Assembly: GCA_900088475.1 (NCBI GenBank)
Contig: FLMG01002199.1
Location: forward strand, 1-34,815
DNA: 34,815 nt
Direction of reading: 5' to 3'
DNA from: Hyphochytrium catenoides
Lineage: Eukaryota > Protista > Hyphochytriomycota
Shown here piece after piece: positions 32,601 to 34,815 of this stretch; position 1 is the stretch's first letter, and every line of letters starts with the position of its first letter. Made by a program: the position numbers and the translations under genes. The notes beneath the pieces are model-generated. The model made no database searches. It was not told the origin of the DNA and worked only from the letters and a program-made list of their open reading frames with translations.

Positions 32601-34109
32601 GATAACGATAACTATGGTCCAGACGACGATGATGACGATGGCGGTGATAACCGCTTTGCGGCTTTCCCTAGTGCAGACTTTGATGGTGGTGAAGGTCGCA
32701 TAGGCGGGGAATCCAGGGATACAGAAGGCGGCTGCGTCCCCATTTCGCTGGATGAGGCTTTCAGGGAGGTACCCGAAAGCTATGAAGACCTTTGCAGATC
32801 TCACATTGTGAGTCTCATCCGGCATAATAGAAGGAAGAAGAGATGAGAGAGATACCAGAGGGAGGTGGAAGAGAGAGAGAGGAATAAAGAGAAAGAAAGA
32901 GAGAGTGACACTGAGAGAAGGGGAGACGGAAGAAAGGGAGAAACGTGGAGAATGAATAGGATGAGAAAGGTCAAGAAGTTAAAGCTTTAACTGGGTGACA
33001 CTCGGTCCGTGCAAAGCGCACCACCAGTGCTAACGCTCAAGATCCTTGTAGGAAAAGTTCATGCGGGGCGCGGATCAGTACCTGAAAGAGACGAACATTT
33101 CAAAACGAGTGGCCGAATGGCAGGAGAAGCTTATCCCAGTGCTTGAAGAACAGGTCAGCAGTTATGGTTCTCTCTCCATCGGCCTCTCTCTGTCTCGCGC
33201 GCGCTTATTAATTGTTTGTTACAGTTCACTCTTACACATCATAGAGTAGCCCTATGGCGTACAGGGTGCCTTTGCGGATGCCCCTCCGTCCTCTTCCATT
33301 TCGTTTTGTGCAGACTTTAGTCTGCTTTGCTTCTCTAATCCATGCCGAATACCTTCGTTCCTCAAGTTGATAGCACTCCTTACCACGCTGTATGTTCCAG
33401 GAGCGAACTCCTGCCTTCGACATTCACGAGTATGGAGACCAGATAGTGCACAGAATTGAGGATCGGATTGCACGGTACTGGTCATCCCATTCGTTTTCTA
33501 TGTCCACTTAGCACTTAGTTCTCCTTCATTACTCTCATAATCATCAAGGAGACAAGCCGAAAGTAGTAAGAAGGTGGTCAAGGAGAAGACCCTGGTGCCG
33601 TTCGCAGAGGTGGTGACCGGCAAACAGGTTAAGGACATCTGCCGGATGTTCCTCGCTACCTTGCAGCTGGTAAGGCTACATGCGCTTCATGTCTGCAGAT
33701 GTATCACCTATGGCGGTCAATCTGCTCTCTCTCTTGGAAACTCCGTCATAGTCTCTAAACCTAGAGCTTTTTAAGGCGCCCTCCTAAGTTCTGTTGCTCT
33801 TCGTCTTCTCTCGCGTCGGCAGAGCTGTTTACTAGTCCTTTGTTTTAGTTATCCTGATTCCGTCACTTTTATGCCACCTCATCACCTCTTATGACGACCA
33901 GCCCAGGGCCTCAAGGCTTGCCCTAGACCTGGATTTGCTAATCACCCCTTCCCTTTGCGTAGGCTAACAATGGCAATGTGAACCTGATTCATGCCAACAG
34001 TGCGCCAGAACCCCAGAGCTTCGGATTGAAGCTTCTCTCTTCTCAAAAGTTGTATGACATTGCAGGCTATGCTGCGCCTTCCATGCAGGCAACCCGAGCC
34101 TCACAGTAA
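29645..34109 (+). CDS. NCAPH2: Condensin II kleisin subunit CAP-H2
   Basis: Exons 29645-29715, 29917-30052, 30242-30334, 30445-30582, 30706-30746, 30814-30895, 31055-31258, 31427-31619, 31850-~31890, ~32175-32328, 32556-32807, 33052-33153, 33401-33474, 33549-33669, 33963-34109 (TAA). Motifs: [10 protein letters not shown]|[29 protein letters not shown]|[72 protein letters not shown]|ANNGNV, YAAPS. Confidence 0.97.
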
Positions 34110-34815
34110 ACTGTATAAGCAATGTGCATATGTATTAAAAAAGTATCTGCCTCTGCTGCGGTTATCACACTTATGAGGTTAACAGCCGCCTCGGTAGCTA
34201 GTCCGATTTTGCTGGCTCTTCGTCCCTCCTTGCGCCATGTTGCTCGTTCCTTCCTTCTACCGACCCTCTTCCACTTTGATTTGCTCTTCTCTCTCTCCGC
34301 TCGCTGTCTTTTTGCCTGTTCTCCTTTTATGCACTTACTTGGCGCCTAGGGGCGCGTCTCATTATGACTTGCCTTGTGAAGCTCTGCCCCTTCAATGAAG
34401 GCGATGACTCGAGGTCGGGCGGCAACTCTTTTGATGGCGGGCCGGAGCGCGGTTCCATGTCTCTTCATCCGCCTCGACCCATATTACCCATAGAGGTACC
34501 TACTATTTCAGTAATTGGGGCTACTATTATGAAGAGAGAAACAAAATAGTTAACCCCATTAACTAAGGCCTCGAAAAAAAACTTAATCTTTCACGAAGCT
34601 AAAGGTTTCAGGATAGGAAAGATTCCCAAAGTAGCCAGGCCCTGGCATTGGTTTTTGAGGAAATTCAGCGCGAATTAATTGAAAGGTTTCGTTGCGAGGG
34701 ACATATGCCTACAAGGTGGGAAAGGGCAAGTGATGCGGTGCCGAATCCTTGACGACGGTGCCAGAGAGAGGAGAGAGAGAGTGGCGGGAAGAGAGAAAGA
34801 GAGAGAGAGAGGGAG

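Noticed and set aside
1-34815. CRISPR arrays, transposase/RT ORFs, tRNA/rRNA genes, non-canonical genetic code or splice sites
   Set aside because: None seen by eye. All resolved junctions fit GT-AG, and the genes end at standard stops without in-frame readthrough.

Overview
Intron-rich eukaryotic nuclear DNA with many CT/GA microsatellites and five short N gaps. It is most likely from a stramenopile, inferred from a mastigoneme/Sig-type EGF gene. Manual GT-AG splicing gives five well-supported genes. (1) A 5'-incomplete + strand homologue of the plant CLoG1/At3g12590 family (microtubule depolymerising-end tracker), ending at 5959. (2) A ~15-exon, internally duplicated, secreted EGF-repeat mastigoneme-like protein (-, 13176-6417). 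(3) A full-length Nup98-Nup96 precursor (-, 24897-14040) with FG repeats, GLEBS, the HF|S autoproteolysis site and Nup96. (4) A ZC3H11A-like triple-CCCH protein (-, 28453-25956). (5) The condensin II kleisin CAP-H2/NCAPH2 (+, 29645-34109). A possible orphan gene lies at 13335-13925. The most notable items are a ~76-aa ubiquitin-like domain embedded in Nup98 between the FG region and the autoproteolytic domain, the CLoG1-family gene outside plants, and tandem splice donors downstream of the Nup98 cleavage site that could give a Nup98-only isoform. Family assignments come from motif recognition from memory; no searches were run.
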